Source: a virus
DNA: 64,000 nucleotides
IMG/VR virus record: IMGVR_UViG_3300034682_000252
Coordinates: 27,017 to 91,016 of that record
Direction: 5' to 3' (one strand)
The position numbers and the translations under genes are program-made. Of this stretch, positions 9,140 through 18,459 are shown in pieces. Every line of letters starts with the position of its first letter. The stretch's first letter is position 1. Below the pieces are notes generated by a model. It did not search any database. It worked only from the letters and a program-made list of their open reading frames with translations, and had not been told where the DNA came from.

Positions 9140-10557
9140 TACTCGGCCTCCCAGGATTCTTCATCCCAGTCGCCCGGTTGCGGGTCGTCATCGAGCGGAA
9201 GCGCATCGTCAGGGTGCCAACTGCCATCGTCGCCGGCGAGGATAAGCTCCCCCTCCTGGGCGTCTTTCTTAAAGGCCGCCTCTCCCAGCAGCTCGCCAGC
9301 CTGGTGCGCGGCCTCCTCGGCGATGATGCCCGAAATCTCCTCGTTGCGACCTGACAACCACTCCCCAGTCTGGACGCGCATCTTCTCCCGGTACGCCCTG
9401 GACTCTCGCTCCAACTCCTCTTCGGTGATGCCGCTACCCTGCTCGGCCCGGGGCTCCAGCCACGAGATTTCCTTGATCATTTCGGCATGGAGGGCATCCG
9501 GCAGATCGATACCCTCCCGGTTGAACAGGGTGGCCGTCTCGATGGCGGTCAGGCCTTCCTGGTTGCGGAGCTCCAGCAGCTCGGCCGTGCGGGCGATACG
9601 CTGGGCCAGGGAGAGGGGGTGGCGGCTCCACTCAGCCAGGGCCAGCTTGCGGCGCTCAAGCTCCAGCTTTTCACTGTCCATTGCGAGCTTGATGTAGGTG
9701 GCTTTCTGGCGGTGTATCGACTTCTCAAGTTCGGTGATGGGCTGGCTAGTCCCAAACTCTACTTGCATCAGCGCCTGCTCTTTGGGCATGGCGGCGCCGT
9801 TGTCATCGAGCCAGGGGCCACCCTTGCTGTAGTCCTTGCGGATCTTCTGCAGCGCCTCGCCCCGGGTTTTATACATGCCAGCCAGGCGGGCCCGGGCGAG
9901 TGTCAGCTCGTCGTCTGCATACTCATCCGAGGAAACCATCTCCAGCACCTCGGGATCAATCCCGAACTGGGAGGCATACCGCCCAAGCAGGACGTTACGG
10001 GCGCCGCCGCGCCGGTTTTTTGGGCGCGTCGGCGTTTGATCCTCAGAATTTCCCAGGTACTCGCCGACCACCACGCTCTCGCCTGCGCCCTCCCCCCTGG
10101 CCTGATCTGATCTACCCCCCTTTTTCGCTGCACCCCGCGTCGCGGCTGGCTTTGCGCTCCCTGCCGCTCGCTTTCGCTGCTGATCAGGCGATGTGCTCCC
10201 GCTCGATGTAATAGGTTGATCAGCGGCCCTCCCACCACCTGATCTGATCACATGATCAGGCCCTCCCTTGGCATCCTTGGCCGCCTTCTCCTCGCGCTTC
10301 TCGGTGACCATCTTGCGCACTTCCCGGCGCACCACCTTACCCATTTTCAGGCCGGCGCCCTGGGCCCCCTCGGCGGTCGCCCTGGCCGCTGCCCCCTTGG
10401 CCTCCAGGGCAGCCGCGACCGCAGCCCCCATCGAGCGGCGGGCCGAATTTCTGTTCAAATCATTGGCAAGGGCGTACTCCACCAGACTCATAGAGTCGGC
10501 GAAGTGATCAACGTAGTTGTTGATATGGAATTGCCAGTCGAAAGTTGCCTTTGCCAA
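9139..10557 (-). CDS. pacA: Terminase small subunit (P1 PacA type)
   Basis: Coupled to pacB; N-terminal HTH-like region (EYALANDLNRNSARR); internal TGATCA cluster as in P1 pacA. Confidence 0.8.
   Translation of the reverse strand: MAKATFDWQFHINNYVDHFADSMSLVEYALANDLNRNSARRSMGAAVAAALEAKGAAARATAEGAQGAGLKMGKVVRREVRKMVTEKREEKAAKDAKGGPDHVIRSGGGRAADQPITSSGSTSPDQQRKRAAGSAKPAATRGAAKKGGRSDQARGEGAGESVVVGEYLGNSEDQTPTRPKNRRGGARNVLLGRYASQFGIDPEVLEMVSSDEYADDELTLARARLAGMYKTRGEALQKIRKDYSKGGPWLDDNGAAMPKEQALMQVEFGTSQPITELEKSIHRQKATYIKLAMDSEKLELERRKLALAEWSRHPLSLAQRIARTAELLELRNQEGLTAIETATLFNREGIDLPDALHAEMIKEISWLEPRAEQGSGITEEELERESRAYREKMRVQTGEWLSGRNEEISGIIAEEAAHQAGELLGEAAFKKDAQEGELILAGDDGSWHPDDALPLDDDPQPGDWDEESWEAE
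10103..10258. other. Putative pac site (TGATC[A/T] hexamer cluster inside pacA)
   Basis: TGATCTGATC 10103, TGATCA 10181 and 10217, TGATCTGATCACATGATCA 10240-10258. Confidence 0.7.
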
Positions 10558-10767
10558 TGAATACGTTCTCGATGATCACATCCTAACGATTTTGCCTGTT
10601 TGTAAGTGTGTAAACCAGCGGCGGGCGCCCTCTGGTGATCAACCGGCCACGACTCGAACAATTAGGGCCCGAATATCTCCGGCTTTCACCCACAATCACC
10701 GATTGGCATTTATTGGCTCCAATTTGGACCAAAAAAAAGCCACCTTGGTGAGTGGCTTTACCATAAC

Positions 10768-10833
10768 GGGTCAAACCCCGGGAAAATTCGGTACTAATGG
10801 GTGATTCTGGGAGTTTTTAGGGTTTAAATGGGG
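10768..10833. repeat. Helically phased G-run array, candidate parC centromere
   Basis: GG/GGG runs at 10768, 10780, 10790, 10799, 10809, 10820, 10830 separated by AT-rich spacers, upstream of parM. Confidence 0.45.
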
Positions 10834-10892
10834 ACGATTTGCGCCTATTATTGCCGCTGGCAATCATGCCACCCCCCGTCATCAAGGAGCCC

Positions 10893-12038
10893 ATGACAAT
10901 GACTAACAAAGCAGCAGTAAGCCCCGCCGAACATCCTAACCCTTTTGTGGCCCTCGTCGCGCTGGACGATGGCAGCGGCAATATCGCCTGTTCATTCCAC
11001 GACGCCAGCGGCACCGTTTACGAGTCTCACCAGCCCTCCCTCATTGAGAAAGGGGCCGCGGCTGGGCTAGGTGCCTCCCACATGAGCAACAGCATTTGGG
11101 AGACAGAGGAAGGCGACCGCTTCACCGTGCGCCGCAATCCGACCAAGCCGCTCACCACCCTGGACCCGGCCTATCAGCTCGGCCAAGCCAACCGAGTGCT
11201 TGCCATTGACACTATGGCGAAAGCTAACCTGGGCGGCGTGGCCTGTGTTGTGGGCTGCACCCTGCCAGTGGAACAGTTCTACAACCGCGGGGATGAAGCC
11301 CAGCCAGTCAACGTTGAGCGCATCCAGGCCAAGAAAGCCAACCTTATGAAACGGGCGACCAACGTGTACGGCGCTTATGAGCCCCCGGTCATCCTGTCTG
11401 TGAAGGTGTTCCCGGAAGCCTTCCCGGCCTACTACTATTGCGCCAGCAAGACCCGCAAGGATGGCGCCCAGGACTACCCAGAGGAGCATAAGACCCTGGT
11501 CGTTGACCTGGGCGAGTTCACGGCAGACCTGGCCATCATCAGCACCGGTAACGAGTTCGTGGACTTCTCCACTCATGAGCACGGCGTACACATGATGGTG
11601 TCCCACTTCCGCACCCTGCTGGCGCGGGAGCGTCAACGGTTCTACCTGGACGATGTACAGTCCATGTCTGATGCCGACGTGAAAGCCATCATCACCCGTG
11701 GCTATATCGGCGCCACCCTGGAAACGCCGGCCGCCATCGCCGCCCGCATTGACGTCACCCCACTCATCAAGGAGGCGGCTGAATACCTGAATCAGATGCT
11801 GCTGGCCGACATTCGCGAGCTGGCGCGAGGTCAGATGAACACCCTAGACCGCATTGTGTTCGTGGGCGGTGGTGCGAACTGGCTCCGCGAGCAGGCCATG
11901 CAGTGGCACCACACCGTTGATATTCCCTCTGAACCCCACATGGCCGTAGTGCGCGGGGTGCAACTGCTGTTGCAGGCGAACGCCGCAGAGCTGCAGGCCG
12001 AAGCAATCTCTCTCCTAGCAGATAAGGCGGTAGCATGA
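10893..12038 (+). CDS. parM: Actin-like plasmid partition ATPase (ParM/StbA family)
   Basis: DDGSGN phosphate-1, TLP, PE connect-1, VDLGEFT phosphate-2, VGGGA adenosine motifs. Confidence 0.88.
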   Translation: MTMTNKAAVSPAEHPNPFVALVALDDGSGNIACSFHDASGTVYESHQPSLIEKGAAAGLGASHMSNSIWETEEGDRFTVRRNPTKPLTTLDPAYQLGQANRVLAIDTMAKANLGGVACVVGCTLPVEQFYNRGDEAQPVNVERIQAKKANLMKRATNVYGAYEPPVILSVKVFPEAFPAYYYCASKTRKDGAQDYPEEHKTLVVDLGEFTADLAIISTGNEFVDFSTHEHGVHMMVSHFRTLLARERQRFYLDDVQSMSDADVKAIITRGYIGATLETPAAIAARIDVTPLIKEAAEYLNQMLLADIRELARGQMNTLDRIVFVGGGANWLREQAMQWHHTVDIPSEPHMAVVRGVQLLLQANAAELQAEAISLLADKAVA

Positions 12039-12442
12039 ACAAACCAGCAAAATACATGCTGACACCAGAGGCCAATAACGTTCACGGCCGGTTCGCCAGG
12101 CTCTATGAAACTGGCGCCGCTGGAAAAGGCTCGCTGGTTACCCAGTGCGTAGCCGGGGGGATGATGCTCAAGGAGTGCGGCATCCTGGAAACCATCAACA
12201 TGCTGGACCAGCACCCGGCCTACCAGGCCGGCACCCCATCGGTGCGGCGGGCCCTGCTCATTAACGAGCTGGTCGCCCTACTGGGTAACCAGGCGCCGGC
12301 CCACCAGCCCACCAGCGACGTTTTGACGGCGCAGCCGGCCGCCCCCGTGGTAGCGCCCTCCCCAGCCCCGCAAACGCCAGCAGCGAGCGATACAGCGGCC
12401 AAGGATCCGCAAAAGCCAGACCTCCCCAGGCTTGGGGTGTAA
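12035..12442 (+). CDS. Putative partition adaptor (ParR/StbB-like)
   Basis: ATGA-coupled to parM; small, with low-complexity Pro/Ala C-terminal tail. Confidence 0.6.
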   Translation: MNKPAKYMLTPEANNVHGRFARLYETGAAGKGSLVTQCVAGGMMLKECGILETINMLDQHPAYQAGTPSVRRALLINELVALLGNQAPAHQPTSDVLTAQPAAPVVAPSPAPQTPAASDTAAKDPQKPDLPRLGV

Positions 12443-12470
12443 AAAAGGCGCCTTCGGGCGCCTTTTTCTT
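12441..12470. terminator. Bidirectional terminator
   Basis: AAAAAAGGCGCC-TTCG-GGCGCCTTTTT between convergent genes. Confidence 0.85.
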
Positions 12471-12481
12471 TCCTTGTGAGG

Positions 12482-12877
12482 TCAGCGGCTTTGCTGCTTG
12501 TCCCGGATGGCCGCGACGGCCAGCTCCAGCGTCGCGAATGAACCGCGGTTCGTCGAACGGTCCCAGGCTCCCCCATCGAGACAGCGCACGTCATAGCGCA
12601 CCCCTTCCGGCCATGCCGACAACCAGCTCGCCCTGTCCTGCTCGGCAGCAAGGAACTGGGGCGCCGGGGTGTAGGTCTGGATGTAGTGAACCCCCCACCA
12701 GTCCTGGACCTCCAGGGGGTCACGCTGCTCGTTCGGAGTGCAATCGAAGTCATCCCGTTGAGCTGGGTTAAGCGGAATGCCTGGTGCCGCCCAGGTGGTC
12801 TGGTTCTGTAGCCGGTGCGCCTCCAGGTAGTCGTCCACCCACTCCCAGCGCCCATCCACTTCTATCTGTCGTCCCAT
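12482..12877 (-). CDS. Phage hypothetical protein
   Basis: GGAG RBS; YDVRCLDGGAWDRST. Confidence 0.65.
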   Translation of the reverse strand: MGRQIEVDGRWEWVDDYLEAHRLQNQTTWAAPGIPLNPAQRDDFDCTPNEQRDPLEVQDWWGVHYIQTYTPAPQFLAAEQDRASWLSAWPEGVRYDVRCLDGGAWDRSTNRGSFATLELAVAAIRDKQQSR

Positions 12878-12880
12878 GCT

Positions 12881-13162
12881 CTACTCCTCCCGGCCTGGCT
12901 CAGGGCTCAGGCACTCGTTGATTCGACGCGCAAACTCTTGCTCACAGGCCGCCTTGGCATCCTCCAGGTCAGGATAGGGGCCGAATGTCGAGTTGTATCC
13001 CTCCCAGGGGACTTCATCCACAGTCGGCCAGTCATCGCCCTTCCACCCCTTCCAGGTGATACCGAATCGCCCGAACGGCGTCATGGCCTCCACATGGTTG
13101 TATCTGCAGCTCTCCGTCGGGGCTGACTCATCAGTCCAGGCAAGCGGCTTCACTCTGACCAT
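12881..13162 (-). CDS. Phage hypothetical protein
   Basis: VKPLAW...LEDAKAACEQEF, typical small phage protein. Confidence 0.65.
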   Translation of the reverse strand: MVRVKPLAWTDESAPTESCRYNHVEAMTPFGRFGITWKGWKGDDWPTVDEVPWEGYNSTFGPYPDLEDAKAACEQEFARRINECLSPEPGREE

Positions 13163-13260
13163 TCTCTATCTCCCGGGCTTGACTCTCATACTCGCCAGCC
13201 AAGCCGCCTTGTCTATCAAAAAAGGCCAGGCCTGATAATCAAGCCTGGCCCCGTTCGTCA

Positions 13261-13707
13261 TCAGTCCACCAGCACTGGGGGCGGCGTGAAGGTCGGTGTA
13301 TTCACGAACCCGCCTATTCCGTCTCGGCGCCGGCCGTCCTGGATAACCTGGATGTAGCCAGGCTTGTACTTGTTCTCAGCCGGCGAGAAGTAGCCGCCTT
13401 CTGGGAGCTCCCATATCTCGCGGACGGAGTACCCCAGATCGACCAGGTACACCCGCTTGTGCGTGACATTGCCGCCCTCGTTGTTGCTGAATCGGGCAAT
13501 GTAGCTGGCCGCTACCTGGTGGATCTCTCCGCCGTAACTCCAGCGCCCGCCGAACGAGCTCCCTGATTCGTCCTGATAGCGGATCTCCTCCCCTACCTTG
13601 AAAGCCTCCTCGGGCACTCCCAGAGCCTCACAGGTAACGGCTTCATGGTGGTGGTCATAGCTGTGACCACACAGGGAGCACAGGTAAATCTGTTTGATAA
13701 TCGGCAT
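13261..13707 (-). CDS. Hypothetical protein (N-terminal CxxC)
   Basis: YLCSLCG...CE. Confidence 0.6.
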   Translation of the reverse strand: MPIIKQIYLCSLCGHSYDHHHEAVTCEALGVPEEAFKVGEEIRYQDESGSSFGGRWSYGGEIHQVAASYIARFSNNEGGNVTHKRVYLVDLGYSVREIWELPEGGYFSPAENKYKPGYIQVIQDGRRRDGIGGFVNTPTFTPPPVLVD

Positions 13708-13884
13708 GTCTTGTTATCCCTTACTCCTCAGTGCCTGGACAGTCGTCAAGGCTGGTTCCCGCATCACCCCTCAGCACCCGGCAATCGCACGGGTCAGGGC
13801 CTCCTGGGCCCCACTCGAAGTGGCTGCATCCGTCGCACAGGCTGCCCTGCTCGAAGGTGGCTATCACCTGCTCCTCGGGCGCCA

Positions 13885-14232
13885 TCACTTGCACCTCCCA
13901 AACTTCTTCTTGAAGAAAATCTCACTGTTGATGGCGCCTATCTCAATCTCAAGGGTCGTCTGCTCATCCATGTCCTTGAAGGTGTCCCGCTTGCTCTGCT
14001 TGTCCAGGGCAGCCCTGGCCACCCTCTCCCTCTGCGCCAGAGAGTCCAGCTTGGCCAACCCCTCCTTGGTCTTGAAATCAAGGCCTGCCGCCTCAGCGTG
14101 AAGCGCCAGCAAATCCCCGAGCGGGTCAGCCGCTCTAATGGCTTTCAGCTTCTCCAGCCGGCGCGATAGGCGGACCTTCTCCGCCTCCAGGGCATCTACC
14201 AGGATTTGATCATTGCTTCTTGGCTCGGTCAT
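13885..14232 (-). CDS. Coiled-coil hypothetical protein
   Basis: Coupled ORF in leftward operon. Confidence 0.6.
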   Translation of the reverse strand: MTEPRSNDQILVDALEAEKVRLSRRLEKLKAIRAADPLGDLLALHAEAAGLDFKTKEGLAKLDSLAQRERVARAALDKQSKRDTFKDMDEQTTLEIEIGAINSEIFFKKKFGRCK

Positions 14233-14475
14233 CTACTCCCCCCAGAACCGGCCAGTGGCCTTGTTGAAGTGCCTGCATATCCCATGGAAGGGGCCCCGGG
14301 CCGCGCCCCGCTCGATGTAGTGCGTGACCTCCTTCTTGGCTCGCCGGCGATTGCGGTAACAACCGGACGTTGCCGCCATATCCTGGTCGCCATAGCACAC
14401 CAGCCACCGGCCTTTGCCGGCTGGGGCAGGGACTATCCCCCACCCCTCAGTCCACCACTCTTTCAACTCGCTCAC
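14233..14475 (-). CDS. Hypothetical protein
   Basis: GTG at 14475 overlapping upstream stop, AGGA RBS. Confidence 0.5.
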   Translation of the reverse strand: MSELKEWWTEGWGIVPAPAGKGRWLVCYGDQDMAATSGCYRNRRRAKKEVTHYIERGAARGPFHGICRHFNKATGRFWGE

Positions 14476-14771
14476 TCCTGCACCCAATGACCCTGACTGA
14501 ACGGGACCACCTTCTCCAACTGCTCCTTGACCCCACCAGAGACCTTGAAGGCCTCCCACTCCTGCAGATGCCCAGGGCAATAGTGAACCTCCGGCGCAAC
14601 CTCCGCAGCGTGACGCCCGCACAGGGGGCGATCACATGTCTTGCCCTCTCCCACCGGGAAATCACACAGGTAGCCCGACACACCGCCGCAGCAGGTGCAG
14701 GGCTCCCCAAGGTTTCCGCAGAGGTGGCCTATCGGCTTGCCGTTCTTGTCGTGAAGCGCGTAGCACGGCAT
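14472..14771 (-). CDS. Cys-rich (Zn-finger-like) phage protein
   Basis: CTCC..LCDFP..TCDRPLC..H..YCPGH. Confidence 0.65.
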   Translation of the reverse strand: MPCYALHDKNGKPIGHLCGNLGEPCTCCGGVSGYLCDFPVGEGKTCDRPLCGRHAAEVAPEVHYCPGHLQEWEAFKVSGGVKEQLEKVVPFSQGHWVQE

Positions 14772-14980
14772 CAGCCTTGCCCTCCCCGCTGCCAGGTGAT
14801 CACATCCCAGGAATGGCTGACCTCGGACCGGTCATCTGCCGTTCGCCAGGAACAATCATCCTCCTCCACATGGATCAGCTCGAACTCACGAACCGAACCG
14901 GTGAAGCAGTGCTTGAGCTGGCACAGGACCGGCACCTCTGGCGGTGGCATTTCATCCCAGACACTGACCCATTCAGCCAT
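14771..14980 (-). CDS. DUF551-like protein
   Basis: WVSVWDEMPP..PVL...VITWQ signature. Confidence 0.6.
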   Translation of the reverse strand: MAEWVSVWDEMPPPEVPVLCQLKHCFTGSVREFELIHVEEDDCSWRTADDRSEVSHSWDVITWQRGGQG

Positions 14981-15534
14981 CAACCTTTCTCCTCGATGTA
15001 CTTGCGCAGCCCGTCGCGCACCGCCTGGATGATGCGGCACAGGTACAGATAATCGGAATTGGCCATGGTCGGGGGATCACGAAACCACTCCTCGCCGAAG
15101 GCGGCCACCATCAACTTGTGGTCGCTGCAATGCGCCTCGCTGATCTCAATCCCCTCGGCACCCTCCCAGAAGGTTCTAGCCAGCCCCTTGTCCAGCTCTC
15201 GAGCGCGGCGCTGGCGCAGGAACTCGACCCGCAAAAGCCTGGTAAGCTCCTCCCCGTTCGCCAGCACTTCGGCCTTGAAGGAACTCAGGTTCTTGGCGAG
15301 GTAGTGGTCATTCTGGGCTACAAAGAACTCCTCTACGCTGCGACCAGACAGTCCACGCCAACCAGCCGTCCAACTGGTGTCCCAGCAACGGATGGTGATC
15401 TGACCACGCCCAGGCTCCGGGTTATCCAGGTAAACGGTGATCGGGTCCAGGTTATCGAGCCCGGTCAGGCGCAAGGCCGTCACATGGGCGGTGGCGACCT
15501 CCACCAGCGGCAAATCCTTATTCATGTGTGACAT
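14980..15534 (-). CDS. Phage hypothetical protein
   Basis: LDPITVYLD...GQITIRCW...YLCRIIQAV. Confidence 0.65.
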   Translation of the reverse strand: MSHMNKDLPLVEVATAHVTALRLTGLDNLDPITVYLDNPEPGRGQITIRCWDTSWTAGWRGLSGRSVEEFFVAQNDHYLAKNLSSFKAEVLANGEELTRLLRVEFLRQRRARELDKGLARTFWEGAEGIEISEAHCSDHKLMVAAFGEEWFRDPPTMANSDYLYLCRIIQAVRDGLRKYIEEKG

Positions 15535-15536
15535 GA

Positions 15537-15878
15537 TTAACCCTCTTGCTCGTCGGCCGGGGCTAACGCATTGCGGGCCAGTTCGCTCAGCTCGGCCCAG
15601 CCAGGCAAGGCGCGGTGCTGCTGAACCCATCGAGCTATGTCAGCGGCAAACGTGCCGGCCAGAGCGGTGAACCAGGAGGAGCCCGCATCAATGCCGTTGA
15701 GGGCCGCCGTGCGCTCCAGAACCGGCAGCGCGTCGTCCATGAACCATTCCGGGCGCCAGGCCACACTGCCCCACGGAAATTCAGTACCTGGATACTCCCG
15801 GGCCACTGCCTGGAAAACCTCGGCCATCTGGATCAGGGTGCGAACCTGGCGGCGCGTGAATGTCGTTCTATTCGTCAC
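15537..15878 (-). CDS. Hypothetical protein
   Basis: Coupled ORF, GAGGAGG RBS. Confidence 0.55.
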   Translation of the reverse strand: MTNRTTFTRRQVRTLIQMAEVFQAVAREYPGTEFPWGSVAWRPEWFMDDALPVLERTAALNGIDAGSSWFTALAGTFAADIARWVQQHRALPGWAELSELARNALAPADEQEG

Positions 15879-16258
15879 TTATTCCTCCTCATTGGCGCTG
15901 CCATATCCAAACCGACGGCTGTCCAGTCGGCGCGTAAATTGGCGGCGTCACATGCGAATCCACCAGCAGGCGGCGGAAAGCCCATTTCGGTCAGTTCGCG
16001 GGTCAGCTTGGCGATCTCCACTTGCAGCTCCCCCAGCCTTTTCAGCATGACGCTATGCTCTCGCTGCTTGTTCTTGAGTGACCGCTCGACTTTCTCCACC
16101 TGGGTAAGCGGGGCGGTCTGGCCGGAACCTTCCCGCACCTCGTAATCGCACTCGGGATCAGCGGGGCAGAACTCGAACCCGGATTCGATGTGTTGCCACA
16201 GGCCTCGCAGGCAGAAGGGGCAGAAGCGCCCCGACAGCTTATGGGTTTTTGGGTTCAA
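15875..16258 (-). CDS. Hypothetical protein (Zn ribbon plus coiled coil)
   Basis: CPFC...C..C then heptads. Confidence 0.55.
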   Translation of the reverse strand: MNPKTHKLSGRFCPFCLRGLWQHIESGFEFCPADPECDYEVREGSGQTAPLTQVEKVERSLKNKQREHSVMLKRLGELQVEIAKLTRELTEMGFPPPAGGFACDAANLRADWTAVGLDMAAPMRRNK

Positions 16259-16607
16259 AGCCTGCCCTCTCCAAGAATTTCGTCACCAGTGCCAGGGCTT
16301 GCCGGCGCTCGGCCTGCACTTCCGGGTTGTCCGGGTTGTTGTGCTCGCCCAGGAACGCCAGCGGGGTCTTTTCCAGGGCTCTGGCTACCCGGCCGTAGTG
16401 CTCCTCGCACTGGTACACGGCGCTACGTGTCAGAAAGGGCGTCATTCCCTCCTTCTCGGCCATATGCAGCCGCTCCAGCGCTATCCGGTCGAACGTCATC
16501 AGATGGTCCATAGCGCACAGTGCCAGGCGGAGATCGTCATAGTCTGGGCGCTCACCAGAGCGGGCCGCCCTGATGATCTCCCCCAGCGTCTTGCCGGTCG
16601 GTGTCAT
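16239..16607 (-). CDS. Hypothetical protein (paralog of 24694-25092)
   Basis: KTLGEII..DDLRLALCA..SAVYQ..TPLAFLGE. Confidence 0.65.
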   Translation of the reverse strand: MTPTGKTLGEIIRAARSGERPDYDDLRLALCAMDHLMTFDRIALERLHMAEKEGMTPFLTRSAVYQCEEHYGRVARALEKTPLAFLGEHNNPDNPEVQAERRQALALVTKFLERAGFEPKNP

Positions 16608-17056
16608 ATCGGCTCGTCCTCGCCATCATCATCCTCGATGTACCCCTGGGCATTGTTCGCCACCAGCGCAAAGAGCCCATAGAGCGCCAGGTTTGCCACC
16701 AGGGCGTCATCAAGTGCCCGCTTTGCCTTGAGCGGCTGGTGGGCGAACGGGCCCATACCATCGTCGTCATCCATGGAGTGGAGCATGTCGCTACACACGT
16801 CCAGGGTGTCACTGAACACCTCGCAGCGACTGATCACGGATTGCGGCGCCAGCTCAGGGTCTGCTGCAAGCCCCTCAAGCGCGTCCTTCATGTTCAGGTT
16901 CGTGATCAGCTCCAGGAGAGAATAGCGAGCATGGAACATCGGCGAGTCAGCCTTGCCACCTTCCATCGCCTCCGCCAGGCGCTCAAGCGTCGGCTGGTCT
17001 ATGAGGCAGGCGATCCGCTCCACCAGCGGCTCAATGTTCGGGATCTCGTATGTCAT
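16604..17056 (-). CDS. Acidic hypothetical protein
   Basis: Coupled ORF; D/E-rich. Confidence 0.6.
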   Translation of the reverse strand: MTYEIPNIEPLVERIACLIDQPTLERLAEAMEGGKADSPMFHARYSLLELITNLNMKDALEGLAADPELAPQSVISRCEVFSDTLDVCSDMLHSMDDDDGMGPFAHQPLKAKRALDDALVANLALYGLFALVANNAQGYIEDDDGEDEPI

Positions 17057-17436
17057 GACAACTTTCCTTCTTGTGCCCGCCCTGCTGGCGAATGGATGGA
17101 GCCGGTCAGGTGGTAACGATTCAACTCCTTGAGCTGCTCAAACAGTGCGCTCCCTCCCGCCTCGAGCCGGTCAGAAAGAAGCAGCAAGTCGTGATTGATC
17201 ACGGGGCGCAGCAGCGCCAGATACGCCAGACCCAGCAGAACCAACTGGCGATCCGCCGCCTCCAGCCGGTTCGTGCCGGCACCGCCTACCTGGTAGCCCC
17301 ACCAGGCCGACTGAATCACCGAGCTGGTGTAGCAGTCCCCATCAGCGTCACGCCTGAAAAGCTCCTCGGGGGTGCCCATCTGGCCGTACAGCGACCGCAT
17401 GATCGCCGATTCAAAATTCTCTCGTTGGTTTGCCAC
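17053..17436 (-). CDS. Hypothetical protein
   Basis: QRENFE...AWWGYQ, typical phage accessory motif. Confidence 0.55.
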   Translation of the reverse strand: MANQRENFESAIMRSLYGQMGTPEELFRRDADGDCYTSSVIQSAWWGYQVGGAGTNRLEAADRQLVLLGLAYLALLRPVINHDLLLLSDRLEAGGSALFEQLKELNRYHLTGSIHSPAGRAQEGKLS

Positions 17437-17438
17437 CC

Positions 17439-17654
17439 CTATTCCCCCTGCTGCTCGCCGGCATCGCACCGGCAGGACTCTATATGTACGCTCCAGGTGC
17501 CATCGAAACGCGGTTCGACCGTACACCCATCAGCCAGCCACTCCCCCAGGAGTTTGCCCATGTCAGAGCGGCCAGTTCGGCGAGCATCAAGGGCTGCCAC
17601 ATAGACGCCGCACTGACACAGAGCCACATACCCGTTGGGCTTACGCTTCTTCAT
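17439..17654 (-). CDS. Small Cys-containing hypothetical protein
   Basis: GGGAGG RBS; CQCG...CRC. Confidence 0.55.
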   Translation of the reverse strand: MKKRKPNGYVALCQCGVYVAALDARRTGRSDMGKLLGEWLADGCTVEPRFDGTWSVHIESCRCDAGEQQGE

Positions 17655-17904
17655 CGCAGGCCTCCCGCTTGACCGGTGCCCCAACCACGGGGCAGGAACA
17701 GCGACCACCAGCGTGACCCTGAATGCTCACATAACCCGTGCCCTGGCACTGGTCACATCCGGGGTGCGCCTGGTTCGGGGTCTCCCCCTCGAGCTCGCCC
17801 AGGATCACCAGCACCTCCGCAGCGGAGATATGGGGGTGCATGTGCCCCATACCCTTGTCCACCAGCTCAAGGCAATGATTCTTCAACCACGCGAGGCTCC
17901 TCAT
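17641..17904 (-). CDS. Hypothetical protein with CxxCxGxG Zn motif
   Basis: CDQCQGTGY..CSC. Confidence 0.55.
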   Translation of the reverse strand: MRSLAWLKNHCLELVDKGMGHMHPHISAAEVLVILGELEGETPNQAHPGCDQCQGTGYVSIQGHAGGRCSCPVVGAPVKREACDEEA

Positions 17905-18404
17905 TGGGCCGGCTCCTTCGGCTGCTCCAGCTCCAGCGGCATGAAAATTTCATGAACGACGGGGGCGCTCAGGAATGTGTCCTTGATGACCACCCGCAAC
18001 CCCTCGCCCATAGTTCGGAACAAGCCAAAGCTGGCCCAGTTGCAGACATTGCCGGCTGATGTGACCACCCCGCTATTGCAGCGGTTAGGGTCTGTAGACT
18101 CCCCCTTGCAGCACGGGCAACGGAATTTCCGGCTTGGTATGGCCGCCAGGAACTCATCCCGGGTAGCGTAGATAGATACCTCAGCCAGCTTAGGGAAGTG
18201 CGCCTCCTGGTAGTAATTGGCGGCTGAATGGTCCCGAGCCTTCTCCACGGCCACCAGCACGTCGAACTGGGACAGGCTCAAGGCCTCCGCATACTCGGCC
18301 GTGAACTGGCGAATGAACTCCACCACCTTTTCAGTGGTGCTGTCACCGTGACCGCTACAGGCCGCCTTGATCTGCTCCAGGAGCTCGTTGAATTGCTGTT
18401 CCAT
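17901..18404 (-). CDS. Phage hypothetical protein
   Basis: NYYQEAHFP..FRCPCC..CNS..CNWASFGLF. Confidence 0.65.
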   Translation of the reverse strand: MEQQFNELLEQIKAACSGHGDSTTEKVVEFIRQFTAEYAEALSLSQFDVLVAVEKARDHSAANYYQEAHFPKLAEVSIYATRDEFLAAIPSRKFRCPCCKGESTDPNRCNSGVVTSAGNVCNWASFGLFRTMGEGLRVVIKDTFLSAPVVHEIFMPLELEQPKEPAQ

Positions 18405-18459
18405 CTGTTTTTCCTTCGCTTCTTGATGCGGGAGCCCGGCAGCAGCCAGGCCCACCTGA

